Source of the DNA: Hyaloraphidium curvatum SAG 235-1
Lineage: Eukaryota; Fungi; Monoblepharomycota
NCBI GenBank assembly: GCA_025558095.1
Contig: JAIVFI010000028.1
Coordinates: forward strand, 310,001-374,000
Length of the DNA: 64,000 nucleotides
Direction of reading: 5' to 3'
Below are positions 46,183 through 57,660 of this stretch, in pieces. The notes under the pieces are model-generated. The model saw only the letters and a list, made by a program, of their open reading frames with translations, made no database searches and was not told the origin of the DNA. The translations under genes and the position numbers were made by a program. Positions within the stretch are counted from its first letter, which is position 1; each line of letters starts with the position of its first letter.

Positions 46183-47423
46183 TCAAAGATCGTCGGGCAC
46201 TGGTGTGCCTGCCAGGGCAGCGTATGCCGCTGCGGCCGCCGCTGCCTTTGCGCGGGCAACCTGCGGTCTCTCTGAGGAAAACCATCCCGCGACGACGATG
46301 GAGCTGCCGCTGATCGTCTTGAAATGCAGGGGTCGAGTCTGCCATTTTCGCGGCCGGATGCTGGGGTCGGACAACAGGACCTTGGGCTTTGCCGGCTTCG
46401 GTCCCGGGCTGCAGGCTCGTCAGCCAGACCGCCGACACGAACGAACGCGCGACACCCACGCCTCCTGCTCCACCTCCACCTCCTCGTCCGCCGCGTCCTT
46501 GTCGGCTTTCTTGCGCCTCTTCTTCTTCTTCCCCTCGGCGGCAAACTCGTCCAGCAGCCCCGCAAACTCGTCCTTGTTCTTCTTGGTCTTGGCCTTGTAT
46601 CGGTAGACCTTTGCACCGCTCCCGGGGCCCTTTTCGTCGTCCGTGTTGAATCCGGCGCCCTCTTCGGTCAGCGTGTTGTCAAGGTGAGGTGGGGGGATGG
46701 CGGCCGGAGGCGGCGGGGCCGGGAGCGCTGCGGACCGCGGCATAAGGCCAACGAAAACATGGATGCGAGTCCGAAACTCACGCAGTCCAAGATCCTCGGA
46801 TTTCATCTGGGCAAAAAGGTACTGCAGCACCTCGGAGTTGAGCCCCATGAAGTCTCGGAACGCGAGGTTCTCTCTCCTCTTGACCTTGTCCTCGGGCTGC
46901 CGACACGTACCCCGCATCAGAGGAGCCGCATCATCGCAGACCGCTCCGTAGACGCGACCGCACCATGTTGTTGTTGATCTGCCGCGTCAGCGCGACCCAC
47001 GCCCCCGTCGCGGTCTTGCCGTCGAATATCATCTTGTTCTGCGGCGCCGTCGCGGCCCGGATCTTGTACGAGCCATCGAGCACCGTCGTGACATACGACG
47101 CCCCCTTTTCCGAGGTCGGATCCGTCCAGTCGAAGTAGCGGTACGAGCTGCCCGCGCCGAACCCGGTCAACCGCGTCCCGGCCCGCCGCCGGCGCCGCGT
47201 ACCTCTTGAACCCCACGGGCTCCGCCCCCTCTTGACCCCGATGGAAGCGGCCCAGGGCAATGACCCACGAAATCTGCTTCTTGCTCCGGACGGGGAGGGG
47301 CTGCACCAGGGTCCGTGTGTTCTCGTCCGAGAACTGCAAATCGGCCAGGGACAGCAGCGATTTCGTGTAGACGATACGGTCCTGGGGAGCAGGCGCGTCC
47401 GACGGTCCGGCCTCGCCCTCCAT
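46183..47423 (-). CDS. FYRN/FYRC-like (FY-rich) domain protein (about 4 exons)
   Basis: PVGFK|SSYRYF...DP......Y...V.DG...FDGKTATGAW...DFMGL....V..LF resembles the FYR fold. Basic NLS-like KKKKRRKK. Confidence 0.6.
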
Positions 47424-47593
47424 CGCAAGGAGTGTTGGGGGCGGAGCGTGGGATCGAATCCGCGCCGGCCCGCGGCGCGTCAACCGACTCCACCGTCACA
47501 TGCAGTGCCTTGGATTGCGAGGCACGCCAGCGAACGATGGAATCGAGGCGTAATTGCCTATAGACTGCTTCATCGGGCTCTGTGGGCGCGGAC

Positions 47594-47694
47594 GCTCTCT
47601 CGGGGCCGCGACGGACGCCCGTTCCGGCCTGGGCTATCTGAGCGCCTCTCTCGGGCGTGCGACGGGGGCCGTTCCGGAGCCTGGGCTATCTGAG
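47594..47694. repeat. Imperfect ~50-bp tandem direct repeat in the divergent intergenic region
   Basis: CTCTCTCGGG..GCGACGG..CCGTTCCGG(AG)CCTGGGCTATCTGAG occurs at about 47594-47642 and 47645-47694. Confidence 0.75.
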
Positions 47695-47705
47695 GGACGA
47701 GAGCG

Positions 47706-49023
47706 ATGCCCAAAACGGCGAAGAAGCGCGAAATACGAGACCACGTCATCGAGAACCTCAGGAACTTTACCTGGTGGGAAGTCTGGCGACACCCCTGGGC
47801 TGGATTCTTATCAGGCGGACAGCTACGACCTCCTCCCCATCTCTTACCGACTATGCGTCTTCGACACGTTGCTAATGGTAGGGACCGTGTTTTCAACTGT
47901 GTCTTGCCGAGCACTCAGGGCGGCTGGCAACACAGGTCACCAAGGCGCTCAACATCTTCCTCCAAAACGGCATCCACGCCGCCCCTCTCTGGGACTCGGA
48001 GCGCGGTTTCGCGGGCATGCTCACCGTGACCGACTTCATCAAGCTGATTCGGCACGAGTACCATACGCAGTCCTCCTACGAGTCCGCGATGGAAGAAATC
48101 CGACAGTGCACCATCCAGCAGATGAAAGGTGGTCCGCTCGGAGCGCCGGCGCGTGCTGCGGGGCTGAAGTTCTCGGGACTGCCGCTCCAGATATCCATCG
48201 GCGGAACCAGAGCCACCCGTCGAGCCTCCATTCTATCCACCCCATGAAATCCCTGTTCGACTGCGCGCAGAGCATGGTCAAGAACCAGGTGAACCGGATG
48301 CCCCTGGTCGACCGCGACGGTCACAACGAAATCGTTCTGGGCCTCGTGAGCCAGTACAAGGTGCTGCGCTTCATCGCTGCCAACGTAGGTTCCCCCGAGA
48401 CGACATTCCGGAAAGCACCTCAGACTTGCCCGCTGTCCAACCACAGTTCAACGACCCGGATCGAATGGACCTGGCGTTGAGGGACCTCAACATTGGAACT
48501 TTCGGCGAAAAGGTCGCGCGTGTCACCTACGATACCCCCTGGATCCAGGTTCTGGACATGTTCGTGCACCGTGGTATCTCCGCGGTGCCAATTGTCGATC
48601 ACAATGGTTAGTGTTGCCTGCGAACTTGTGCCCCGGAGCCGCTCGACTAAAGAGCGGGATGCCGCAGACGAGGTGCTCGACATCTACGAAAAGTACGACG
48701 TGATCGCGCTCGCAAAGGAGGGAGGCTTTCATGATCTCGACATTCCGGTCGGCGAAGCGGTGCGCTTCCGCTCTACGACAGACCAGAACCGCGTGCACAC
48801 GTGCACAATGTCGGACTCGCTGTTTTCGCTGCTCGAGGCGATCCGGGAGGCAAAGGTCCACCGGTTCGTCATCGTGGAGGAGCAACCCGCTGAAGCTGGG
48901 ACCAATAATGGGAGTAATGCGGCTCCTCCTGCCCCTGTTAGGAAGCTGATAGGGATCCTGACTCTTACGGACTTGCTGGCTTTCTTAGTTGGCCTCCATG
49001 TACCGCGATCTCATGGAGCATGA
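47706..49023 (+). CDS. SNF4: AMPK gamma subunit (CBS domains; about 7 exons)
   Basis: LRNFTCYDLLPISYRL.VFDT, APLWDS..FAGMLTVTDFI, SIHPM.SLF, SQYKVLRFIAAN, ISAVPIVD, VHRFVIV and GILTLTDLL. Confidence 0.92.
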
Positions 49024-49104
49024 TGAATGGTGATGGAAATGGAGCCATTCATGGCGGCGTCGTCGATCAACCACAACAATCAATATACACGAGGTGGAGG
49101 CGCG

Positions 49105-49976
49105 ATGGCCACAGAGGCGGTGCCAGACATGCTGCAGGCAGACGATGGGCAGCCTGGCACGCCCGCGGTGGCCGACGCAGGGCCTCCTGTCGCGTTCAAA
49201 GTCGCGTTTGGGAAGGAAGTCCATCAACTTTCATTACCTGGCACCTGTTCGGTCGGGGACCTGAAGAAGAAGCTCGAGGAGGCCACGGGCATCCACGCGA
49301 ATCTCCAGAAGCTCATTTGGAAGGGTGTGTGAGCCTTTGAAAACGGGAAGCTCTTGACGACGAACGGGATCCAGGCACGCTCAACGACGAGAAGCTCCTC
49401 AAGGACTGCCAACTGACGGCGACGTCAAAAGTCTTGATGATGGCGTCGAAAGTGTCAGACATTGTCACGGTGAACCTCCCGCCGGCTGCTGGCGCGTCGG
49501 CGGAGAAGAAGCCCTTGGAGGCTCTCGCGCGGTGGGAGACCATGACCGAGCACAAGAAAGTGATCGAAAAGGGTCCGCCGGAGGATGCTCCCGCCCCGCC
49601 CTCCGGCAACCTCCCCATTCCTCCGAACGGCATTGTGGGCCTGTTCAATCGGCAAGGCATCAAGACGAGGCTCACCTTCAAGCCCGCCGAGCAACAGGTC
49701 GTGATCGCCACGGCTGACCGCACTCAGGTGCGCATTCCGTCTTGACTTCGCTTAAGTCTCACAATCGTCGACGCTTCGTAGAAGGTCAGCTACGACCAGA
49801 TCAAAAACGTTTCGAGCCAGGCGATCTCGACCGTCAGGGACGGCAAGTTCCACATCCTCGCTCTACAGCTCGGACCAACGGAGAAAAGTCAATATTTCCT
49901 ATACTGGTTCCCGGCGGCCTACGTTCAAGCGGTTAAGGACGCCATCCTGGGGGAGTGGGAGACCTTCGGCTTCTAA
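49105..49976 (+). CDS. UBFD1: Ubiquitin-family domain protein UBFD1-like (3 exons)
   Basis: N-terminal UBL (LQKLIWKG, KVLMMASK), then HKKVIEKG.PED, RLTFK and LQLGPTEKSQYFLYWFP..YV.AVKDAILG.W. Confidence 0.85.
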
Positions 49977-50180
49977 GCATTTTGGCTTCGGAGTGGCGAA
50001 GGATGCAGTGTGGGGCCATGGCACGCCCGGTCGGGCCTGACGACATGCCTGAGGGTCCTGGAGGACACGGAAGCCTCGGACGGAGAAGTGATCGTTGTTG
50101 ACTCGGGGATCGACGATGTTGCAATGTTGCCCAAACGATACATGAGCGAACGCCCACTTCAGAGCACTCCCACGGCAACG

Positions 50181-50952
50181 TCAAGCCCGACGAAGCCTGA
50201 TCTCCTTTGCGAACAGAGGGATGCTCCTCGCCGGCTTCAAGTCCAAGTTGGCGTCCGGCGAGTTCTTCGCGCGCTTCTTCAGCATCTTCTTCAGCGTCTT
50301 GTAGAAGTAGTATTTCTGGACTAGCGGTGTGCGTTCCTCCAACAGGACCTGGGAGTGCGTCAGGCGACGTAGCAAACCATCGGCCGCCGCACAGCACCTT
50401 CATGTGGGCCACTTTCCGCGTCATTATGCCGAAACGCCCCCTCCCGTGGAAAAGCATGCTCTTCTGGTATCGACCCTTTCCAATGTACGCCTCCTTCACG
50501 TAGAGCTGGTCCGCGTTGAGCTTCGACACGTTGACCGCCGTCGCTTTGGCGTTGTACAGCATGTTGCGGACCTTTATCCGCGGCTTCTTGTGCGAAAAGT
50601 GCATCTGCGAAATAGCCTCGTCGATCGGCAGGCCGCGGATTTGCTGAGCCAGCTTGTTCAGCTTCTTCGGCGACACGCGGAAGTTGGGGGTCTGGTACTT
50701 CTGGGTCCGGGCGGGGATGTTGCCGCTGACCCGGAACCGCGGTCCGCGTTGCCACTTCCCCTTCTTCGGGCCTGCTGCGGTTGCGTCATCCTGCGCAGCA
50801 TCGCCGCCTGCTACGGCAAAGATGGGGGAGGCGGCAGACGCCGTCGTGTCCGAGCTGTATCGTGCGCGACATCGGCCCGCGAGAGCGACGGCGGGTGCCG
50901 CAGGTCCGACGTGCGAGTTCAATAATCGACAAGAAAGCCGAACTAGCGCCAT
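50181..50952 (-). CDS. MRPL22: Mitochondrial ribosomal protein uL22m (2 exons)
   Basis: Presequence, SPKKLNKLAQQIRGLPIDEAISQMHFS.KK, YVKEAYIGKG and HGRGRFGIM....HMKV. Confidence 0.92.
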
Positions 50953-51069
50953 GATGCCCGAATCCTCGAGGGGGGATGGCAACGGATGTTCCTTCTGCAA
51001 AACATCATGATCATCACGCGCGCGCCACTCGGGGCTGAGCCGCTCGCGCTGTGTCCTGGAGACCTGATA

Positions 51070-52083
51070 ATGACGTCCGCGAGAAGAGGACGCGCAGGGA
51101 CGCGTCGGCATTTCGGATTGCTCGTGGCCGCGCTCTTGGTCGCGTTCTTTGGCGGGGTCCACGGCCTCAAGTTCGACCTTGAAGCAACGTACCCGGGATC
51201 GCTAGACCACCGGAAATGTGTCTCGCAATTCATTGCCAAGGACACGCTGGTCAGCGGGAGCGTGGAGGTCGGGGAGGGTCAGCACCAGCGGGTGGACGTG
51301 GAGGTACTTCCGACCTCTACCCTCGTGTCCCACCGCCGCTCACGGTCGAACGCCCTCCGATAGATTCTCGACGAAACCGAGAATCCGAACGTCTACTTTA
51401 AGAAGAACGACATCAACAACGAGGTCAAGTTCAGCTTCACGACGCACTCGCACGCGGACGTGATGTTCTGCTTCATGAACTCGATCGCCGACGGTGGGTT
51501 TCCGGGTGCGCGGTGGCTTGCACGGTCGCTTGACAATCTCTTTCGTGCCCGCGACCGACAGATGCCCAGCCAAACCCGCAGACCTTCCGCACCATCTTCC
51601 TCTCGGTCGACACGGGCGCGGAGGCCATGGATTACTCGGAGGTGGCAAAATCGGAGAAGCTCCGGCCCATAGAAATCGAGCTGAGGAAGCTCGAGAGCGT
51701 GGCGGAGGGTATCGTCACGGAGATGGAGTACATGAAGCAGCGGGAGGCGCAGATGCGGGACACGAACGGTGCGTGCGCCTGCAGGATCTTCCAGCCCTTG
51801 GCTGACCATCGAGGAACAGAATCGACAAACGAGCGGGTGCAGAACTTTTCTCTGCTGTCGATTGCCGTGCTCATAGGGCTCGGGGTGTGGCAGGTGCGTC
51901 AATCCTCCACTGTGCACTGTTGAGGCGGAGGTGTTGAGCTGACCACTTCATGTGTCCATGCTTTCTGTACGACGTTCTTCAAGGCCTTTACCTTGAGACG
52001 ATACTTCATCTCGAAGAAACTTGTGAGTGGGACGTTCCAGGACGTTGTGGCCCTTGCTGAGCCTGCACTGCCTGCAGATCTGA
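51070..52083 (+). CDS. ERV25: p24-delta / GOLD-domain cargo receptor (ERV25/TMP21; 6 exons)
   Basis: Signal peptide, two GOLD Cys, EKLRPIEIELRKLE, MRDTNESTNERV, one TM and C-terminal YFISKKLI. Confidence 0.92.
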
Positions 52084-52454
52084 AGTCGAACCACATGTGA
52101 CTGAATGAATACACGGAATGTCTACACAGCTGCTTTTCCCTCACGACGAACTAGCCATTGTGTCCGGAAGGCGCGCTCCCATGATCCCTGGACCTATAAG
52201 GTGCTGCCGACCTTTGCCCAGTCCAAAGATGCTCGATCCACGCTATTGGCGTTCAGATTACAAAAGTGTCGATTTACAATGGTAGTCTTCGGGTATTCTA
52301 CAGGTCTCGTTTATGTGTCTGCGTCCGGCCAGTCGCCGTTTTGTACAGGTATGGGTAGGTATGATTGTTCATCAGGGTCAATGCGGCAATTCGCCGAATG
52401 AAAATGGTCACAGATCCATCCCTCGCGTGCCCGAACGTCCGAAAGCTCGGCAGA

Positions 52455-53065
52455 TCAGTTGGCCCTGACCGCCTCGGCCTGCTGGGTCTCTATGCTCTGC
52501 TGGCTCTCCGACTTGGCCGGCAGGTCCCGGCGAAAGACGAGGATGTGGGGTTCCGGTTCTGCAGGTCGCATTAAAAGGAGCCTACCAGCAATGGAGCTAC
52601 TGCGGCAACCCACTGTGGGTCATGTGGTGGACCCAGCCGAGGCTCTGCTTGATGCCGAGGCCCCTCCACTCCTGCTCCGTCAGCAAGTTCTCGCCGCCCT
52701 TCTGGGGAATCCACTTCGCAATCTGCTTTGGGAGAGCCACTGGGAGGGTGTGAATTCCGGTGCTAGGCCCTTCCAGCGCCGACGAATGCTAACCGTGGCG
52801 GTACTGAAGGAACGGGGTGGAGAAGAACCGGCACGCGTCCCCGGACCTTGTTAGCGACTCTGCCAAGGCCCTACTCGTCCACGCGCGTGGATCCCACCTC
52901 GTACTGTTCATCGGCATCTGCGGCAATCGTCAGTTGGGGTCGGCAGCGGCGCGACGTGAACCTACATCGCGACGAGTAGAATATCTCCTCCTCGTGGTCC
53001 CGGATGTCCATTTCCTTCTGCTGCGCATCCGTGAGAGCCTTCTTGTTCGTTCCTTTGCGATCCAT
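52455..53065 (-). CDS. CKS1: Cyclin-dependent kinase regulatory subunit Cks1 (5 exons, including 20-nt and 10-nt micro-exons)
   Basis: Spliced translation IFYSSRYADEQYEYRHVALPK...[35 protein letters not shown]. Confidence 0.92.
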
Positions 53066-53328
53066 TGCCGCGCGCTGCCCGAATCCGCCGGAAGTTTGGA
53101 ATGATTCGAGGCCGCCCTTTTGCGGTTGGAGGGCACGGCGCTGCGGCGGCCGCGGATCACCTCACGGCTCTGCCTTCCCTCCCCGGAACCGCTCACCGGA
53201 CGATGACGGACCATGATATGTGGTTCGAATAATTGGCGAAAAAAGGATCGGAAGCATTCGATTGCTGCCTCGGGGGAGATCCTAGCTCGGGACATTTGGG
53301 ACCGCCGGTTGCGGGTTGCAGTTGGGGG

Positions 53329-56300
53329 ATGGCCGCGGTGGCAGCGGTCCAGCCCGGGCCGGCAGCTCCGGAGCAGAATGGGCCGCGTTCTGAAGGCAGG
53401 CAGGCTCAGCAGCCAGCTCCCAACGCGTCGGGGAATGGGATCTCCTTCCGAGGTTCGGTCGCCCAGGGAGACGCACCGGGCCGCCAGCCTCACCGGCATC
53501 GTTGGGCTCCTAGACCTCTCCGATTTCGACGACATTTGCTGCGAGGTCGTTTTGGACAAGCTGCATCTCAATTTCCGGACGCACAAGATGAATCCCGCGT
53601 TCGCCGACTACCCCTTCTCGACCGATCCCCCGCCGGCGAACGGTTTCGTGAACACCTTCCTGCCGATCCTGAGGGAGAAGGTCGTAAACGGCAGGAGCCC
53701 CCAACAAGCCGTGGATGCCTTGATCAAGATCATGAACACGGACAGGTAAGGGGGGCTGAACGGAAGCGCCGTTGTGGCCTCACGAATGTACAGGCCGTCA
53801 CCGAGCGAGTTTGCGAGCGAGCGCGTCTTTGGCCCCTTTCCCGACTTTTTTCACAACAAGAAGCCGTCTCAAATCGAGCAGTTCAAGGAGTGGGTTCCGA
53901 ACCGACCCTTGCGCATGCTTTCCCTAACGTGGTTCCCGCGCTAGGCACGCGAAGCGCTACCTCGCGATGTACCTTCCCAGCGCGGGCTACGAGATCTCGC
54001 GGACCTACCGCTACACCAGCAGCGGCAAGGCCGAAGCATGCATCGTCGCCACCCGGAAATGGCAGCCAGGCGACGAAATGCACTTCTGTTGCGGCCTGAT
54101 TGCCGAGCTGACGGACGAGGAAGAGCAATGGCTGAAGGACAGGGACTTCAGTGTCATGTTCTCCGTCAAGGCCAACTGCATGTGCCTCTTCCTTGGTCCG
54201 GCTCGGTTTGTTAACCACGACTGCAGGCCGAACTGCAAGGTGCGAGCTTGTGCGTGCCTTCCTTGCGCGTACTTGGCTTACGGGCGTTCCTGCAGTTCAT
54301 GGCCCACGGGCAGGGGGGCATCATGTTCAAGGTGATCAAGGACATTGAGATTGGCGAGGAGATCACGGCGTTCTACGGCGAAGATTACTTCGGGGACGGC
54401 AACAGCGAGTGCCTGTGCGCCACTTGTGGCAGGTGGGACGACAGTCATCGCGGCTCATTCCATCGTGACGCATTCGTTTCGCTCAGAAATGGTCGCGGAG
54501 GCTACCGAAACGAAGCTGAGAACATCGCGCAGGACAATTTCCAGCTCTCGACGGCCCGACCGGCGCGGATGCAACGGTTGGGAAAGCCGAAGGAAGGGGA
54601 GCTGGACGTTGCGGGCACTTTCCGGAAGCTTCTGCGACAGGGAGATGAGAACTCGGCGGATCAACGCCTCTGCTTGGACTGCAAGACGCCGATCAGCATT
54701 CACGAGCGCACGCCGGTGAACGGCGAGGAAGTCACCAAATGCTTCCGATGCATTCGCCATATGGCTATTTTCCAGCAGACGTGGCCCCACAGGAAGCCGT
54801 ATCACGAGGGATCATTCAGGGTTCGTGTGCTCCTAGCCGTCCGAAGGACAGGCATCTCATGCGTCGATCCATGCAGCCCGCACCGGTTCCCAAGGTTCGA
54901 CGGGTGCCAAAGCAACTAGGGGAAGCCATGGATATGGGCCTCGAGTTCGGGGCGGATCTGGAGGACCTCGTGGGCCCCAGTTTTGCTCTTCCTCCGGATG
55001 CGCTTCCTTTCAAGACCAGCTTCAGCGTTCCGGATGGTGCGGATGTCACGGACATCCCGTCCATCGGGTCGTTGCGCGTCGGTACTGTTGTCGTGTTGAC
55101 CAAGCCCCTCGAAGGGCACAACTTTGACGTCGCAACCCACATTGCCATTGTTGGCCGCGGTGGAGCGCTGGAATTGCTGGAGCCGGGGCGTAGCTACTTG
55201 CACCTCGGGGCGGATTTCAGATACCCTCTGGACATTATGCGCGAAGTCGGCCATTCGGTGTCGTCGGTCTTCCAGGTCGAAGACGGACGGGATCGGCCTG
55301 GTGGGGAGTTTTGGGACGATGAGGAGCAGGCTCACCTTTACGGCGACGAGGACGAGGTTATGGAAGATTGCGCACAGGATGATGCTGGAACGGACGACCG
55401 TCCGGACTGCTCCGTCTCTGAGGACAACGGGGATACGGATACTGTGGCCATGACCGAGGAGAGCGACCTGCTGTTGGATAGGAGAGCTGTGGAAGGACGG
55501 GATACTCGATCTCGGTCACGAGACGAGGACAACGTCGATGATGCTGCGCGCGTGGCTGTAATGCTGAGGAACCTCGCCAGCGTCACCGTGCCTTTGCAGA
55601 CGGTCGAGAGGCGTGGGGTGTCGGGCATTCGGGCCGGTGGTGAGTTCGGTTCTTGATTCAACAGGGCACTTTCTGACTTTGGCGAATGACGCAGGCGAGA
55701 GCAGGCGAGTCGTTTTCGTGGATCCAGGCAACGACAAAGCCCTGTTTTGGTGGCCGGCGATTGTGAGCACGCCCTGCTCTCCGTTGCCACTTTCGCCTGA
55801 CGACGAGATGCCTGTATGCAGATTGTTCCGCCAGCAGAAATCGACGACAAAATGCCGCGAGTACAAGAGGGACAAATCCTCGTCAAGTACTTTGAGGATG
55901 GGTCGTTGTGAGTTCATTCGGGTCCATCATCCGTCCTTCCTACGATGCTTTGCGCACTCCAGCTCCCACGCGTTGACGCCTAAAGAGGATTCGTTCTTGG
56001 TGTTTGATCCCGCGCAAGAGCCGTACACGTATTGGGCCGAGAAGTTTGGGGACAAGTTCCTTGATCACCAGGCGGTGAAGAAGGCGAGGCAGTTCCTGGA
56101 AGATGGCCGCCTTCCTGCCAAGTTCAAGGTCAGATCGTGCTATTCGTACCGTTTAGTCTACGACTGACAGCTTTGGGCACCAGTGGGCGTATTGGGAGGA
56201 AGAGGACCGGGATGCAGCAGGAAAAGCTCAGGTAGGACTCTGCCTTTCGCAGTCTTATCATGCGGGACGCGCTGAACCGCTCGCCCAGTATTTCTCTCTG

Positions 56301-56896
56301 CTTTCGTCTCTGCCCGCTCCGGATTCAAAGAAGAACAAGAGCACCGGTAGCTTCGTCGCAAGCTTTGGTTTTTCGATCCGACTAAAACGAGGGACTCCCA
56401 GAACCCTTGGACGCCTTTCCAGTTGAGAGCCCTACCATTGCCGCTGGCCCGGAAAGGAAGCCGAAGCCGCCTCTTCCAACCACCGCTTTGAGCAAAGTGC
56501 GTCTCGCGCACGTAAGACGCCGCCTCATTCGCTTATTGTGCGCTCCAGCTCTACGCCAAGTCGACGGACGGATTGCTGTCTCTTCAGGACCCGGAAGTCG
56601 CCGGCTTGATACCCTACCAGTCCGGGCAGATTGTGGCATGCCAAGTTCCCGGGAGCAGGGGCACGATTGGCTGTGTTTTCTTGGGGGCACGTGTGGAGAA
56701 GGATGGTCTTGGTTATCGGCTGTTCTACTCCGTTCGGCCGTGGAGCCTTGGAATTTGCGGTGCCGTCGAGCTTGAGCAAGGTGACGTTTTGGGAGGATAC
56801 ACGGCTGGCTTGAAATCTGTCGGTGAGTTTCTCGAAGCTTCAGACAGGTTGCGCCTAAGCTTTACCCTCGAAGCGATGAGCAAGGTGCGGATGTAA
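53329..56896 (+). CDS. SET9: Histone H4K20 methyltransferase Set9/SUV420 with extended C-terminus (multi-exon)
   Basis: DLSDFDD, RYLAMYLP..GYEI..T.RY, RDFSVM, LFLGPARFVNHDC.PN and GEEIT.FYGEDYFG..N.ECLC.TC. Later FWWPAI...LVKYFEDGS. Confidence 0.9.
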
Positions 56897-56999
56897 TCTT
56901 CACGGATGGCTGCTGTACAGTAATGATTTGATACCCATCGTCTGCCAAACACGTCTTTTGCGCCCACGGTCGTCCCAACATCAAGCACCGCGTCCGCTG

Positions 57000-57562
57000 T
57001 CAGTGGAGGCAAATGTTGCCGACGCTCTCCGGGTGCACCGGCATCTCCTCCGCCTTGTACTGGTTGATTTCTTCCCGGATGAATCCCTTCATGACGGGGG
57101 TAAGGTTGCGGAAAGTGGAGTCCGGGTCCGGGCGGCGCGAGTATTCCTTGGCATTGAGGGTCGGGAGGACCTCGACGATCTCGTCGAAGAAGAGGCCCGG
57201 TTTTCCCTTGTCGTCCTTTGCCGTTCCGGTCTTGAGAATGGATTTCGGAGCGTCCGGTGCCGTCGGGGAAGGCTGCTCCTTCCTCAGAATCTTGCGCAGC
57301 TTCTGCGCGGCCTGCTCTCGCGCAGCAGTCGAAGCGACCTGGTTGCCTATCAGAAGCAACGGAGCAGTAACACAAAGATGGACAAATGGCAGCATTTGGT
57401 TAGCCGACCACCATCGTATGCGATGCGCAAAGAGTCGTGAGTCTTGACAGGCGAAGGTGCCGATGCGAGGCAGAAAGACCCACCTTCGGCAGAGGGCAGG
57501 GGAGGCACGTAAATGCCTCTTTCGTCTGCAATTTTGGTGGGCGTCTTCGCCTGGCTCTGCAT
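57000..57562 (-). CDS. Small Phactr/Bni4-type PP1-binding protein (at least 2 exons)
   Basis: KSILK, then LFFDEIVEV....KEYSRRPD...FRNLTP..K..IREEINQYKAEEMPVHPES, matching the Phactr/Bni4 C-terminal PP1-binding region. Confidence 0.75.
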
Positions 57563-57660
57563 TGCGAAGGAATCGTGGACGAGAGCTTCGAAAACCCGCT
57601 GCGTAAACAACAGCTCCAGCGAGGGTCCGCCAGGTCACCCCGCACACCAGCACAAAGACG

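Noticed and set aside
53215-53240. GGTTCGAAT resembling a tRNA T-loop / B-box
   Set aside because: No cloverleaf stems are visible around it.
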